Assembly: GCF_001447785.1 (NCBI RefSeq)
Contig: NW_015174851.1
Span: 777,604 to 841,603 of the forward strand
Reading direction: 5' to 3'
DNA from: Gekko japonicus
Lineage: Eukaryota
DNA: 64,000 nt
The translations under genes were made by a program, and so were the position numbers. Every line of letters begins with the position of its first letter. The stretch's first letter is position 1. Shown here piece after piece: positions 10,354-25,078 of the stretch. The notes under the pieces are model-generated. The model saw only the letters and a program-made list of their open reading frames with translations, was not told where the DNA came from and made no database searches.

Positions 10354-11908
10354 GCACTGTATAAAGAAAATAATAACCCAGAATCTGGATCCTTTCCCAA
10401 TGTATATAGGATTTTCAAGAACTGTGAACCCCATACTTTATGCAATGAAAAACAATTATTTTTCAAGAGCTTTGACAAATTATTTTAACATCCTGTTTTG
10501 AGCCTGGGCATACATCATTGAATTTATGACAGCTTTAGTGAATTGCACATGTGGAGAATCTTTACACAGCTTTCAATCTAAACTCAGCCACTAAAGTGTT
10601 CAAAGAAATGCTGCAGGCAAAATTACTTTGGAGTTGTTACACACAGAAGACTTATTTTGCTATGCATTATTTCAGTCACGTGTTCAAATGTATTTTATTT
10701 CTTACTGCAGAGTTTAAAAGTGCAAAACAGACTTTTAAAACAGATATTGTAATAAAGCTCAATTTGTCATTTCATTGAGCAGAAAGCCAGGTTTCAAAGG
10801 GTATTGGTTCTTTCTGAAATTAAAAAAATATTTTGGCTCAGTAATATTGTGTAGGAGGAAAAGTGTATGCTATGATTTTTCTTAATTTGGGGAGGGGCCA
10901 TAACTAAGATTGCAAACTGGCCAGTTTTTCATTTCACTTCTAGTAAGTTGCCAGATAAAGGGTTTTTTTTCCTGCCCCATATAATTAAAGGAATAGATGG
11001 GAGCCACTTTTTAACTCTTTAGTGCCTTTTAAGGCAAAGAAATCTGCTGTACTCTGTGTTGGGACCTTTCCAGTGCTAGGTTTGCTGCCAACTTTAACTT
11101 TAATTTTAGTGCTGGCTTTTCTGTGCCTCTGTCTTGGCTGCAGGTTTTGGCTACCATTTCTGTCTCCCTTTCCCTCTTGATTTATCCTGGACAGAGTAAG
11201 AGTGTGTGCAGAAACACACATATACACACAGAGTGCACCCTAGATAAATTAATATTTTCTGTTGGGTCCATCCCTTGACCATTTGGCCTTCCTTGATCCC
11301 ATAGCGCTCTACTCCAGGTAAGTGGGTCCTGGGTTGGGCTCTGAAAATAGATAGGACCTGTCTCTGCCATACTTGTAGCTTCAATGTCATAAATTTAGTG
11401 GTCATTTAGATAAGAAATGATTGAGAGGAACATGAGATTTTAATTTATTTCACCATGCATGTAACATTTATGGTGACATAACAAATTACTTATGGGGAAA
11501 GCAGAAGAATACAAACACCCACACACCCACACAAAATCCATCATACTTACCTACCAATGCTAGGGTTGGCCACACCTCTGTGTGAGTTCCTGGAAAGAAG
11601 GGTAGTCTGTTGCCTTGAAGTCTGCAGGCAGTTGCCTTGTAGTCTCTGAGGAAAGGTGGTCTAAAGAAAGTCTTGTACTTTGAAGAAAATCAATTTGAAA
11701 AGAATGTTGTGATGTGTCAATGTAAAGCACAGGGAAGTGATGAAATTCTTGTAATTAGAAGAAAGTCAATTTGAAGAAAATCTTGTGATACACAAGATTA
11801 TTCCATGTGAGGCAGAGAAACAGTCCAAGAGAGACATGAGTGAAGCATCCAACTGGGGCAGAAGGCGCGGGAGATCATTGATGCACCAACAGTGTCAGGT
11901 AAATCAAA

Positions 11909-12949
11909 TAAGAACATAAGAACATAAGAGAAGTTAATGTTGGATCAGGCCAATGGCCCATCCAGTCAAGCACTCTGTCACACAGTGGCCAAAAATACAA
12001 GGTGCCATCAGGAGGTCAACCAGTGGGGCCAGGACACTAGAAGCCCTCCCACTGTTGCCCCCCCAAAGCACCAAGACCGAGAGTTCCTATCTATACCTTC
12101 TGGCTAATAGCCACTGATGGATCTCTGCTCCATATGTTTATCCAATTCCCTCTTGAAGCTGTCCATACTTGTAGCTGCTGCCATCTCCTGTGGCAGTGAA
12201 TTCCATGTGTTAATAATTATTTGGGTGAAGAAGTACTTACTTTTATCCATTGTAACCCAACTGCTCAGCAATTTCATTGAGTGCCCACGAGTTCTTGTAT
12301 TGTGAGAAAGGGAGAAAAGTACTTCTTTCTCTACCTGCTCTATCCCATGCATAATCTTGTAAACCTCGATCATGTCACCCCTCAGCTGTCGTTTCTCCAA
12401 GCTAAAGAGCCCCAAGCGCTTTAACCTTTTTCCATAGGGAAAGTGTTCCAACCCTTTTATCATTCTAGTTGTACTTTTTCCAGTGCTATAATATCCAGTA
12501 TTCCAAATGAGGTTGCACCATCAATTTATACAGGGGCATTACGATATTGGCTGATTTATTTTCAGTTCCCTTCCTAATAATCCCCAGCATAGTATTGGCC
12601 TTTTTTATTGCAGTTGCACATTGTCTCAACATTTTCAGTGAGTTATCTACTATGACTCCAAGATCTCTCTTGGTCAGTCCCCACCAGTTCAGACCCCATC
12701 AATGTGTATTTATAGTTAGAATTTTTGGCCCCAATATGTATCACTTTGCACTTGGTCACATTGAACCCCATTTGCCATGTTGACACCCACTCGCCTATTC
12801 TCGACAGATCCCTTTGGAGTGCCTCACAATCCTCCCTGGTTCTCACCACCCTGAACAGTTTAGTGTCATCCGCAAATTTAGCCACCTCACTGCTTACTCC
12901 CAACTCCAAGTCATTAATGGACAAGTTAAAAAGCATTGGACCCAGTACT
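11909..12949 (-). mobile_element. CR1 LINE, 5'-truncated (RT C-terminal half and 3' UTR)
   Basis: SVLGPMLFNL..AKFADDTKLF..KRLKRLGLFSLEKRQLRGD..WNSLPQE; (aagaacat)n tail at ~11909-11927. Confidence 0.95.
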
Positions 12950-15106
12950 GATGTAGACACCTCCAACTTGCTTCATATTCCATGAGCCTTATATAGAGTT
13001 TGCCTGCCTTAGAGAACTCCCCCTTTAAAACTGGATTCAACCAGGTTAACTTGGCTACCATTTCCTGTTGACCTCCAATACTTTTAGCTCCACTCCTGGT
13101 TCTAACATTCTGGTCAGCTTGGTTTTCCATCATAACTTTGATAAACATTTCTGCTTTTAGCCACCTGGCCATAACCTCCTGTTTTAGCCACCTGGGCCAT
13201 AATCTTCATTTTTATTAATTGGCATATATTTTCAATTATCTCTTCTTTTCACTTTACTTGCCCATCTTTCCATTTATTCTTGTGCCACTCATGGTCTTCC
13301 AGGGATTTTAGTCAATTCATTATCATGACAATTCATTATCATGATCTCCCAGGAATTTCATCCTATTTCACTTTCATACCTGATCTTGCTTTCATACTGC
13401 ACATGCCTCCTTGTGTTCCAACATCTCCTATATCAATATTCCAATGGACACCCTGAATATAATTTAATCTGTATATCAATATATTGATTAAATAATACAA
13501 TTAATAGATTATCAATATACTGATTAAGTACCACTAACAATAATAACAAACTAATAATAATGATTAAGCAATAAGTGGTTACCAGTTACACCTATAGTTG
13601 GCAACTCAAAGGTGGAGAATATACCTCACATACATACAAAACTGGAAGTGATGTCCTGCCTCTTTAGGAATCACTGGAAACTCTTATGGTAAGCCATTTA
13701 GAATGGCAGTGGGAGTGCCCTATCCGCACCAGGGACTGGCAACCGCAGGCTTGACACAGCATGTCATTTTATATGACTGCAATATTTAGGATGTAATACA
13801 CCTCCAACAATAATTGCAAAATTTAATTTTACATAAATTATTTATTCATTTCATTATATTAATATATAATATATAACTTCTTAACACAATTGTTCTCAAA
13901 GTAGTATAGATTTTTTTTCTAAAAAGTTAAGGGACTTAAAGCTAAGGAGAGGTAGACTTTTGGCTGTAGTTGGGTTGAAGCATGTTGGAAGTACGGCTAG
14001 CTACTGCCTTCAGTCCATCTGATGACCTCATGGAAACTAGAAACAGGGGTCCTTTTGATGGAGTGAGTCCAGGTTTGACAGGAGGGTAGTTGGATAAATA
14101 TAATGGAATCAGGATGTAAGCCTTACGAAGCACTGAAGCTGCAAGGGTGCAATATCCTTTTATACTGTCGACCAAAATATATTCTGATTCAGGTAGTATC
14201 TTCATTATTCTTGAAAAGGCTCCAGGAACCATCAAAAGAATTACAACCCTTCACATTGGAAGGCAAAAGGGAAAACTGAGAAGCAGCTCAAGAATGGAAT
14301 TTTAAACAAGGCAGATTTATGAAGAGATTGATAGCTCTTACTAGGGCACTGCTTTGGAGTTAGGACAAAAAGGTTTCAGTGTTCTGTTCTGTGGTGGTTT
14401 TAATGAAATGTGTGACATGAAGGACAAACTTGATTTCTTAAGAGGATTACCCAAATTCTGGTTTTAAAGATAATGTTCATAGAACCCTTCAGAAAAGTTT
14501 GTGCATTTCATTTTTTAAAAAATAAATAAATTCTATTGAAGGTAAGAGTCATGAGTCATTGAAACATATTCCAAAACCAAAGAATGCAAGTTCTAGCAGC
14601 ATCTTTCATGCTTTTCAGCTGTCCTTTTGCACTTTCTTCATTTTCTTTATCCAACTCTTGGAGGTTGGGAGAAAATGTGCCAAAGCAACCTATAGGCTTG
14701 CTTTCTGAAACCTTTAAAAAAAATACTGACCCTGAACTAGCCCATGAGGTACAGCTAAAAAAAGACCTTGAATCTTTGAAGTGAAAGAATTGCACCATCT
14801 CCCTTTTGATGTGTGTGGGATAATCTCACTACATGGACACCTATCATAGCAGTGTTGCTCTGGCGATTTGGACAATGCTGGCATGAGAAGAATCTACTCT
14901 TGCATAGCCCAGAGGAGATGCTGACCAAACAGAAGGGTGCTTGATTGGTGGTACAGGCTCATAATTCATAGCAATCCATGAGAGATGGAACAAGAGAAAG
15001 CTGCTGATATTAAACATGGGCAGGTACCCACAAAACCACTGGTTTTGTAGACCATCAAGAATTTCATTGAGAAAAAGTGATTATCATTAATGAACATCTG
15101 CATGTG

Positions 15107-15392
15107 AAGAAGCAGAAGAAGAGATTGGATTTATACCCCACCCTTCACTATCTGAAGGAGTCTCAGAGCGGCTTACAGTCTCCTTTCCCTTCCCCTCCCC
15201 TCCCCACAACAAACATCCTGTGAGGTAGGTGGGGCTGAGAGAGCTCTCTCAAGAACTGCCCTTGAGAGAACAGCTGAAAGAATTTATAACTGCTCCAAGG
15301 TCACACCAGCAGTTGTATGTGGAGGAATGGGGAATCAAACCCAGTTCTCCCTGATCAGAGTTTGCACTCTTAACCACTACACCAAACTGGCT
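15107..15392 (-). mobile_element. tRNA-derived SINE (Squam3/MIR-like) with L2-type tail
   Basis: Minus strand begins agccagtttggtgtagtggttaagag (A box), has ggtttgattcc (B box), and ends gtaagccgctctgag..gggtggggtataaatcc with a (ctt)n tail. Confidence 0.85.
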
Positions 15393-15459
15393 TTCCTACA
15401 AAGCAGCTGGTTTGGCATGCCTAAACTGTGAAACACTAACTGAGCATAAAGAGAATCTT

Positions 15460-15808
15460 GGCCAGATATCGTGGGGGGGAGGCGTGGCTAATTGCCCCGG
15501 TGCAGTTTGATCTGCGATTATGCGATCAGACGTGCTGGAGGCACACCACGGGTCCTTCCCTTGGCGCGGGTGGGTAAATGAGGGACCGGAGGGGAATGCC
15601 GCGCTGGCGCGATCACACCACTGGAGTCTGGAGGCAGCCCGTGGTAAACGTTTACTAGTACCTTGGAGGTACTAGTTTTTTAACGTGCTTTGTCGGCGGT
15701 AAGCCACGGGTGCGTTCCACTTCCCAGATGTTGGGGTGTGATCGTGCCCGGATAATCCGCCCACCATCCGTGCCTCTCCCGAGGCAACTTTGCTGTGTGA
15801 TCGGGGCC
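15460..15808 (+). mobile_element. Harbinger-like MITE, shorter diverged copy 3 (left TIR lost)
   Basis: Shares ggggggaggcgtggc..ttgcccc, the actagtaccttggaggtactagt palindrome and the right end ctgtgtgatcggggcc. Confidence 0.75.
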
Positions 15809-17390
15809 CTCATTTACCTTTCCAAATGGGAGAACTGTTGAAAGAAACAATGCTTGATTCATAACACAATAGAGCATCACACATTAATATACCAAAGCAA
15901 ATACTTGCAATTTTCATCAAATCACTGGAGCTATCCAGTTTGATTTGGTTTTCACTTTGATTGTTTGCTTTGTGATAAAAGGTTAATTTGCCACAGTTAT
16001 TATTGTGAAATTTCTTCATACAGTTTACAATGCAAGGATGAGGTTGATGGACTGATATTTACAGCAGTGATTTAAATAAATAACTTTGTCTAGAACTGAG
16101 AAGAAATTGAGTCTATATTCATCCAGAAAGTTGGAGCAAGATATTTTCAGGCAGAGATATTCATTAATATGCTAAGTGTATCTCCATGGAGGAGGCTGAA
16201 TGCCCTGGTATGCAAAAAAAGAGGTGGGGGACCCTCTGAAAGGCTCAGCAGGGCAAAGTGTTCTGGGCTACTTAATTAGATTTTACATGAAAAGACTGTG
16301 CATTTTTTCTTAAATGAGTCACATAGGCAGGTTGAAAGCCTTCTTTTGAAAGGAGTGAAATGAGCCAATATACACCTATGCAAATCAGAGGAAATTAAAA
16401 CATTGTTTATCTGGAGATGAAAAGTAAGCATTCTAATTAAATATTGTTTTTGAAATCCAATTATATATTTGCATAGATTCCCGAACTAAGGGGGAAAATA
16501 ATATAAAATTAGCAGGAAGGAGGTTGTTCTGGTGTTTTGTTTTGTTTTTAAATCATGTTTCATAAATCTGGAGGATAATAAACTGATGGGAGCCCAGAGC
16601 CCAGTTCCACATACTTTATGTATGTATATGCTGCTTTTCTCCCCAGTGGGGATCAAAAGCTGCTTACAACATAATTTTCTCCACTTCTGTCCCCCCCCCC
16701 CCAATTTGGAAAGGCCTTAATAGACTTAAGTTTGTCTTTTTCAAAGAACTTATCATAATGAGTTGACTAAGGAAATGTATTTATACCATTTAACTAGTTT
16801 CAATGAAATGCTATGGCACAGAGGCTGTGATGCACGAAAGACACTCCCTGGCTGTAAAGGCCAATTCACATGATACAAAATCTACATGGATACTGTAAGG
16901 GCTTTGTATCAAACATGAAGGGGAAGTTCTCTGTTTCCCAGATGCAAGTGGGCCTGATTCTGGTCACAACTGTGTCGTGTGGATAGTAGTGCCTTCAGCC
17001 TCCCTCCCTTAGTGCCATTTTCATGCCCAGTGGAGAAACCTATGTGTTGCCATCATTCTGTACATTACACATACATTTTCTTCTGGAAGGCTGAAACCAC
17101 TTCTGTCCACACGGCATGGTCATTATGCATCTGGAAAGCACAGAACTTCCATTGCATGCTTGATACAAAGCCCTCATGGTTGCCACAGCTCTTATGCTTG
17201 CAGTCCTATGCAGAATTACTCCACTCTACCCATTGAAATTCATGGGCTTAGATTAGAGTACTGCATAGGACTCCTCTATCAGTCAGTTGAATGGAGGAAC
17301 TAACACTATTTGCTCACCCTTGCATGAGTACAGAGAGTTACTACCACCTTTGACACAAATGCCATTGAACCCAGCCAAGAAACTGGCTTT

Positions 17391-17903
17391 GGCCCTGGTC
17401 ACATGGAGCATTTGCCCCGCTGAAGGCACGGGAGTCCCACGGATTTTCCGGGCGCGATCATACCACAACATCTGGGAAGCGCAATGCTCCTGTGGCGAAC
17501 CCGTGGCTCCCCGCCGAAGGTGCGGAGTAAAAAACTAGTACCTACAAGGTACTAGTTTCCGGAAACCGCGGGCTAAGGGCGGGCGTCTGATCGCGTTTCC
17601 GGTGGACTTACATGGCATCCGGCGCCCGCCGATGTTCATCACAAACAAGGGTTTTTTTTCCTCCCAAGTCTCCGCAGGATGCGCAACAGTGCCCAACAAC
17701 GTATGCGCACAAAGAGCGATTGCTAGTGTGATTGTGCGGCATGGCTTCTTTGCCGCGCTGCAGGATACTTGTGGGATCAGCATCTCCCCCCGTAACCATG
17801 GGTCCTTGACCGGGACGTATGCTCGGGCGGCCGCACGTTATTTTCCTCCGGGGCAAACAGCCATGCTTCCCCCCTGCATTTTCTGGCCCGTGTTACTGCC
17901 GCC
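17391..17903 (-). mobile_element. Harbinger-like MITE, copy 4
   Basis: Ends ggccctggtcacatgg / ccgtgttactgccgcc; TSD TTT; palindrome aaactagtacctacaaggtactagttt. Confidence 0.85.
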
Positions 17904-17959
17904 TTTGATTAGCAGTTTCTTGGCTTTTCAAATCTTTGGTTCAGGCTTTTGGGGCCTAG

Positions 17960-18743
17960 TAAAAGTTGCAGAAGGCCCCTCTCTGGGAATTTGATGTCCT
18001 GATGACTTGGTGTTTCAGAGAGATACATAAGGGAATCAGCTGGACACAGGAGCAAGTGAGATCATGGGAGTTTCAAGGCTGAGACCAAGAAGGAGTTTTG
18101 CACTCGCATTCTCTTTCATTAACTCAAGGAACACTAGGCGGAGGTGAGTGCTTGCTTGACTGTGGGCATGTACTGGCAGCAGTAGTGTGTGGTCATGTAT
18201 CTTAGCAACACAGCTGACTGGTCAAACAGAATATGGACAACTGCAAGTAGTCTGTCATAAACTGAGACCATTCATTCTCATTTGTACCTTTTGGTCATAC
18301 CTTTGGGTCACCCTTTCGACCAGGTTGGGCCTTGCATGGCTAGAATATCTGTTCTTGGATTTTGGACTTTGAAACTTTGCTTGGACTCTGTTTCTCCAGT
18401 CTGGTCAAGTAACATCTGGGTCAGAGAACCATAGCCTGTAATAGTATAGATTTTATCATTTTCTTCCTTCCTTTGCACTGCTTCCTTCCTTTGCACTTCC
18501 TTTGCACTACTCTTAGCACATTTCTTAATAAACCTTATTAATTATACTTTTCTGGTATTGTTTTGGGGCTTCAATCTAAACCCAGTACCTTGGCCTACAC
18601 TGGCTAGAGCTACCAGAGTAATTGTTTTTGGTACTCAACTTGCAAATGTCCCACCTTGATTAATACCTGGTAGGGCGGAAGACTCTGTCCTTTGGTCTCC
18701 TAGCAGGAGGGTTAGTCAGAGGGGCTAGAGGTAACTCGTCACT
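17960..18743 (+). mobile_element. Probable old solo LTR
   Basis: Promoter-like middle, AATAAA at ~18527, U5-like tail ending gtcac. Boundaries are poorly defined. Confidence 0.35.
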
Positions 18744-18860
18744 GTGGGCAGTAAGGATTCCCTTCTTAGTGTTTTATGTTTTGCTCTTGCCTAACCTGGC
18801 ACTATCTTACCAAAGTCCAGCCCACCCCCAGCCATTCTGTGAGCAGATATGGAACACCAC

Positions 18861-19177
18861 TAAGGTTGCCAGCCTATACCCCTATACCCAGCTCCACTTT
18901 CCTGATGCCTCTTTGTTTGGCAGCAGAAGAAAAAATTAAAAAGTGGCTGCTGGGCTGATGGCATGATGTCACTCCTAGGAAAACCCAGAAGAGACATCAC
19001 ACCTCCTTAGAAATAACTGGAAATCTTATAGTAAAACTATAGAGTTTCTGGTGATTCCTAGAGACAAGTGATGTCACTCCCAGATTTCACTTGAAATGAT
19101 GTCATACATAGCTGACAGCCACCGCCCCATTCCCCCCTGGGCTTCTGCTGGTTGGAAGGCCATGCCTGGCAAACCTA
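18861..19177. mobile_element. hAT-type MITE of the TAGGGTTGCCA family
   Basis: Ends taaggttgccag / ctggcaaaccta; internal tgatgtcact/gacatca inverted motifs shared with the copies at 24718 and 56546. Confidence 0.7.
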
Positions 19178-20950
19178 AGTTCTACATTGTGTCAACTGAG
19201 CAAAATCTCAGTAGTAATTCAATACTTGAAGCACATATTTTCTATGCACTATGGACATGTTTCTAAGAAGAAATAAAAGACCAAAGAGGGTGGTTGCATT
19301 ATCTTGCTAAGATAGTTATATATTTAACTCTCATCTAGGACTTTCATCATTTTCATTAGTTTTAGACAGTCTGTCTGGATAAAGGTTTGTCAATGTATAA
19401 AGAAAATAATCAGTAGCAATAACAGAGATTGGCTGATGACATCAAAGATCCTGCAGCAGAGCAGACAAGCATATTCTGCTTCCTTTGATATGGGAGCTTT
19501 GAAATTTTTACCACATATGGGCCTCCAACTTCTAAATGTCGAAACAGTAATAATTGGTGCACATGCAGAGAAATGATCATATCTTTTTATGTCAAAACAA
19601 TGCTCAATCAGGAACGGTTCCTCCCTTTTGTCTCAAGCTTTATGCAAGAATTTTCCAGTTAATCAAGCCTTTTCAAAGAGGGCTCTTATTTCTGGCAACT
19701 GTGCCTCCTCAGAAGGCTAAATGGGACAACTGGAACTGGAGATGGAATGTTATGCTTCTCAATAGGCCCAAAATGATACTATAAATATTTTCATTGGCAA
19801 TTCCCTACTGTGATACCTTGATTAGAGAGTTAATTAGATTTGCCTTCAGCATTTTGTGCATTCTGAGGTCAATAATGCAAGTACTTAATAACTCCAGTAA
19901 CACTCATTTATTCTTAGAAAGCTACACTACAAAGTAATTCACTTTAAAATGTTAGTGGTGCTGTAAGACTTATATTTGACCTCATTTGAGCTGTTGTCAA
20001 GTGTACCCATTTGAAAATTGATAGACATCACTATCAATAAAGAAGTCTATAAATAATGTCACAGTAATTTATAATCTGATCCAAAGGACAAGAAATTACA
20101 TGGGCAATATATATTAATAGAAGATAACTTTTACAGACATTATGAAGTTCTTGACTTGCAATGGACTTATGACTACACAATTTTTGTGCTATACGTTATT
20201 TGTCATCATATATCAAGTATGTTTAATTATTGTTTTTAATTATTTTTATGTAAATGTATTTTGAAGCTGGTTTGGATAGTTTTGATCATTTGCAGCTTTG
20301 GGACCCTAAGTTGAGTTGTAAGGTGGCATAAAAGCATTTTAAATAAATGAGTAAAATAAAATATATTCATATTTGCATGTTTTGAATTTTGTTATGTCAA
20401 ACTCTGGTTAAGAAGTGCAAAGTTCACCATGTTTAATGAAGCAAGTGCAGGGTTAAAAAGCCAACCAGATAATGACAGGCAAAACTGTTCTAGAGTTATT
20501 TTTTTAAAAAATTGTAGACTAGGTGGAAGTCAAGATAAAGTAGGGGTCCCCACACTTTTTGTGCCTGTAGACACCTTTGGAATTTTGACACACAGTGGTG
20601 GGAACAACCAGAAAATGGCTGCCACATGAAGTGGAACCAAATACAAAATGGCTGCTGCAGGGGTCGGAGCCAACCACAAAATGACAGGGAGTGAAGTTAA
20701 GCATAACTCTAATATTAACTTGTCAGCATTTTAGGCAGGAGTTCTGTAGATGAAGTCAGCATGCAGCACAGGAACGCCTCCACACTGGCCAAAATAAATA
20801 AATAAATCACAAAGGGGACAATATCATAGGATATGAGCCAGAATGCCCAGGAAGAATTAATTCAAGGAGAAAAGGAGGAAAACAGCTGGGCAAAAGTACA
20901 TGAGAAAGCAGGGAAAAAAGGATCATTCATATTTGTATGAAACTCACAGG

Positions 20951-21254
20951 CAGGGGCAGTCTTAGCCAATGGGCAAAAGGGGTAGCTACCCCAAGTTCCA
21001 TAATTGGAGGGGCTCTGACTGCCAACAGCCCTGCTCCATCAAAGGGGGGGGGGACAAGAAGAGCAGGCTCCTGCTGCTGCTTGTACCTGCCCCATATGGA
21101 GCTTGGGCAGCTGGCTTTCAGCTGCAGTGGTGGCTCTTGCCCACCTCGCATGGGGTGAGGGCTGTTCCTTCCTTGGCCCTGGAAGGAAGAGAAGGATTTT
21201 GGGGGCACATCCTAGACTTTTGTCAGAGCCCCAGAATCACTACAGCCACACCTG
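20951..21254. mobile_element. hAT-type MITE
   Basis: Starts CAGG, ends CCTG; 8-bp TSD ctcacagg / ctcacatg (7/8). Confidence 0.6.
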
Positions 21255-21654
21255 CTCACATGATTCAGGTACTCAATTGATGTTTCAGTATCCTCAAGGT
21301 TCAGTATTCTCTTGGCTGACTTCCTTACTATTCAACACATTCTTTTGAGTGATTTTGGACCAATGAGCTTCTATCAGACTAACCTATTTCAAAGTTTTAC
21401 TGCAAAATCAAAGGTCTCTGTGCACTGTGATAGGCTTTTTGGAAAGGGTGAGATCAAAATTAGACAGAACTGGGGAAATATGCTTGGACTTTAAATTGAC
21501 CCTAATGGACCAGTTATATATTATAGACCACACTGTTTGGTAGCTGCTTATCCCCAGTGCTCAGGTTCCTCGAAACATCTATTTCTTGTCTCTAGATCAA
21601 CACAGGTGGTAGTTCATTGCTCACAGATGGGTTCTTCTATCCTGTGAACAAGAA

Positions 21655-22272
21655 GGGTAACAATCTTAGGATGCATTAACAGAAGCATTGTGTCCAGATC
21701 AAGGGAGGTGGTAGTTCCGCTCTATTCTGCTATGGTCAGGCCTCACCTGGAGTATTGTGTCCAGTTTTGGGCACCACATTTTAGAAAGGATGTTGACAAG
21801 CTTGAGCGTGTCCAGAAGAGGGCAACCAGGATGGTGAGAGGGTTGGAATCCAAGTCTTATGAGGAAAGGCTGAAAGAGTTGGGTATGTTTAGCCTGGAAA
21901 AGAGAAGGCTTAGAGGGGCCATGATTGTAGTCTTCAAATATTTGAAGGGCTGTCATGTAGAAGATGGAGCAGATCTATTCTCTCTTGCTCCAGATTGCAA
22001 GACTAGATCTAATGGGTGAAAATTACAAGGGAGTTGATACCGGCTAAATATCAGGAGAAACTTCCTAACTGTAAGAGTGGTTGAGCAGTGGAACAGACTG
22101 CCTTGGGAGGTGGTGGATGCTCCGTCGCTGGACGTTTTCAAGCGGAGGCTGGATGCCCATCTTTCGGGTATGTTGTAAGACTATATTTCGGCTATGCTCC
22201 TGCAGAGTGCAGGGGGTTGGACTAAATGACCTACAAGGTCCCTTCCAACTCTAACATTCTATGATTCTATGA
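21655..22272 (+). mobile_element. CR1 LINE 3' fragment, second subfamily
   Basis: [38 protein letters not shown]; 3' end ggtcccttccaactct followed by (attctatg)n. Confidence 0.95.
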
Positions 22273-24717
22273 AAGAGCAATATCTAACATATTTCTCATG
22301 CTGAACTCCCATTAGTCCCTGTGGCGTCCTCTTATTAGGGAGGACTGGTTTTCCCTTTAAATGGGCTCTTTGCTTTATTAAACTGGGTAGATTCGACTAC
22401 CACTGGGAATTTAAGGATTTCCAAATCTTCTCTCTGTTCTTCTTTCTGGTAAAGTAACCCAGGGTCTAGGCTTTTCAGGGATCTATGTGGTCATGAGGAA
22501 GGACTGAATTCAATTCTGGGATAACTTAAACAAAATATGATTTATTGAACTAAGAACAAAATATGAGGTTGGTTATTCTGTAACTGTTTAGGATAAAGGG
22601 ACCTGTAAATATGTTGTTCAAATGTATCACATTTGTTCCTTTACTTTTGTTTGTTTGACACTCAGTTCCAGCATTAACAGGATTCACTCTTTCCTTTAGA
22701 GTCAGCCACTCAGGCTAAGGATACTGCCTCTCCTCCTCCAATTATTCATATGAACCAAGAATGCATTAACATATGCTCTTATGCAAGGATGCAATTGTCA
22801 TGGTATCTTTTGAGCCAGTGGAAGGATATTTCTGGGTACTGGGGAGAAACTGACTCACTCCCTTATTCAGGTTAATTACTACAATGCCCTGAATAACATA
22901 GGTAATATAAATAGACAACAATAAAAAAAAGAAAATGGGCAATTTATATACACAGATTTGACCACAAAAAGAAAAGGCTCATTGTAAGACTACATCTCTT
23001 TATTTCCCCTTTGCTATAAGAAGAGTACAGAGATTTAATTGTTCATCATACTGGTGTGAAAAAGAATGTCTAGTGAATGATCTGGGAGCATCTAATGCAG
23101 TAGCATTGGTGAAACTGTTTATTTCTATGAAATATTTTTATCCTTCACTTTCAGCTCAAAAGGTCTTAAGTGCATTGCTTCAGGTACATGTCAAGGGGAT
23201 CTGAAGAAGGAACCTAGCAGGCTGTGAAATGCAAAGGTGTGTGTATCACTGAGGGTTTTTGACTGATTCACTGGCTGCCCCCAAACCAGTCTGAGGGCTG
23301 GGTGTGACAGCTTCCTATTTAATGGCTCTTTAAAATGTCCTAAAATGTAAGACACTGTCTGATGGTTCTGGAAGAGGTTGCTGTTCCAAAGAAATTGTTC
23401 TAAACATTTTGGATGCATGTGCAAACATTGTTTATGTGACCTGTTTGGGTTCTGGTTGATTTTAAAAAAAATATCCTTGCAATTGCATTGATTGAATTAA
23501 TGGACATTACGAGTAGACTTTCATCTTCCTTAATGGATTTTGGGCTATTCACACTGACAAGCTGTGGATGTGACTTTTATTAGACAATCTAACCATTTCT
23601 GCTGTAGGCAGGCACAGTAGGTGCTCCATTGTGATTGCCAGTATTTACTAAAGTTCATTCAGCCAACTGTTGAAAATAAACTGGAAGAGGGTAGATTGCA
23701 AAGATTTGGGATGATCTTTAAAAGCTACTCTGGAAACTATATTTCAGCTTCTCAGTCTTCTTTGAACACACACTGCTTTTTGCACTTACCCATTTCTTTT
23801 CAGCCTCTCCCTTGCTCCACTCCTCAACTTCACACTCCTGCTAATGCTCCCCTGTATGCAGAGAACTCTCTTTAATCAATATTCATCTCTTGGCCTTCTT
23901 CATTAACATCCCTCTCCCAAATATCAAAACCTCGTGTGCTCTGAAGAATACTGTGGGCTACAGCCAGCTTTCTGTTGGCTCTGCACTTCAGTCAATAATT
24001 TATACATTCATGGCACCTTTGCAGTATAAGGTCTTTGAAAATAATGGGTGAGCAGGCATTGCAGGACATATGCCTACTGGGCTTTTTTTTGTTTTTTTAA
24101 ATGTGCATGCTATTCAACAGCAAGAAATTCAGATCTGTAATCTGAAATGGTAGAAACCTCCTTTGGTCCTGTGAATGCGTTCAGGAAGAAATACTAGCTT
24201 GTGTCCTTCCTGTAAAATAATCTTCTGTCCAGAAAATCTTGAGAATAAAGAATCATATCTTTTCATAGGAAAAAGTTATTTAGTTCTCTGAACTGTACTA
24301 AATTAAATTAATTTGGTCAACAGACAATAGATCATTCACTCTCCTCAGGGGAACTGATCTCTGCAGTCTGGAGATCTGTTGTAATTCCAGGAGATCTCTG
24401 AGCCCCACCTGTTGACTGCCACTGCCAGTCAGAGTGGATAATGCTGACCTTGACAGACCAGTGGTCTGATCCACTCTGATAGGGTGGCTTCAGTGTTAAT
24501 ACTCACCTCCTTGGTATAATTTTATTGTTTGTTCTTCTGTTAAAATAAATTTTCAGTATTTGTGTAAAACTCTGACATTAACAGAAGGAATCTGATTTGG
24601 GGTTGGCTTTTGTATTATCATCCACTTGAAAGAGTTTGTGTTAGTGTTTGATCTTTGTCTGGGCATTGTCTGAGAGCCAGAGAAGGGCCTAAGCAATAGC
24701 CAATAATGTACATGATA

Positions 24718-25078
24718 TAGGGTTGCCAGGTGCCTTCTTCCTGCCAGTGGAGGGATTTGGGGGGGGGGGTGAGCGGAGACATCAGTAACTTGCTGATGTC
24801 ACTTCTGGAAGTGACATCATTGCACCGGCGATGTTGGGACAATGCTATACTCTATTGTAAAAATGGCTACAAACCATAGAGTTTTGCCCAAAAAGTAGAG
24901 CATCACCCCAACATCACCAAAGTAATGACATTCCAGAAGTGATGTCAACACGTCTCTGACATTGCATGGGGACATCTGTTTTGGGGTGGGGTTTCCCTGT
25001 TGGCCAGGTGGCTGGTGGCGGGCTGGAGCCCACAAAAGCAGGGGATCCCTCACCCTGACTGGGAAACTGGTAAGCCTA
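24718..25078. mobile_element. hAT-type MITE, TAGGGTTGCCA family
   Basis: TIRs tagggttgccag / ctggtaagccta; 8-bp TSD acatgata / acatgatg. Confidence 0.8.

Noticed and set aside
14556-15017. Possible terminal exon (..HPSVWSASPLGYARVDSSHASIVQIARATLL*) and adjacent 80-aa ORF
   Set aside because: No recognised homology and no convincing acceptor site.
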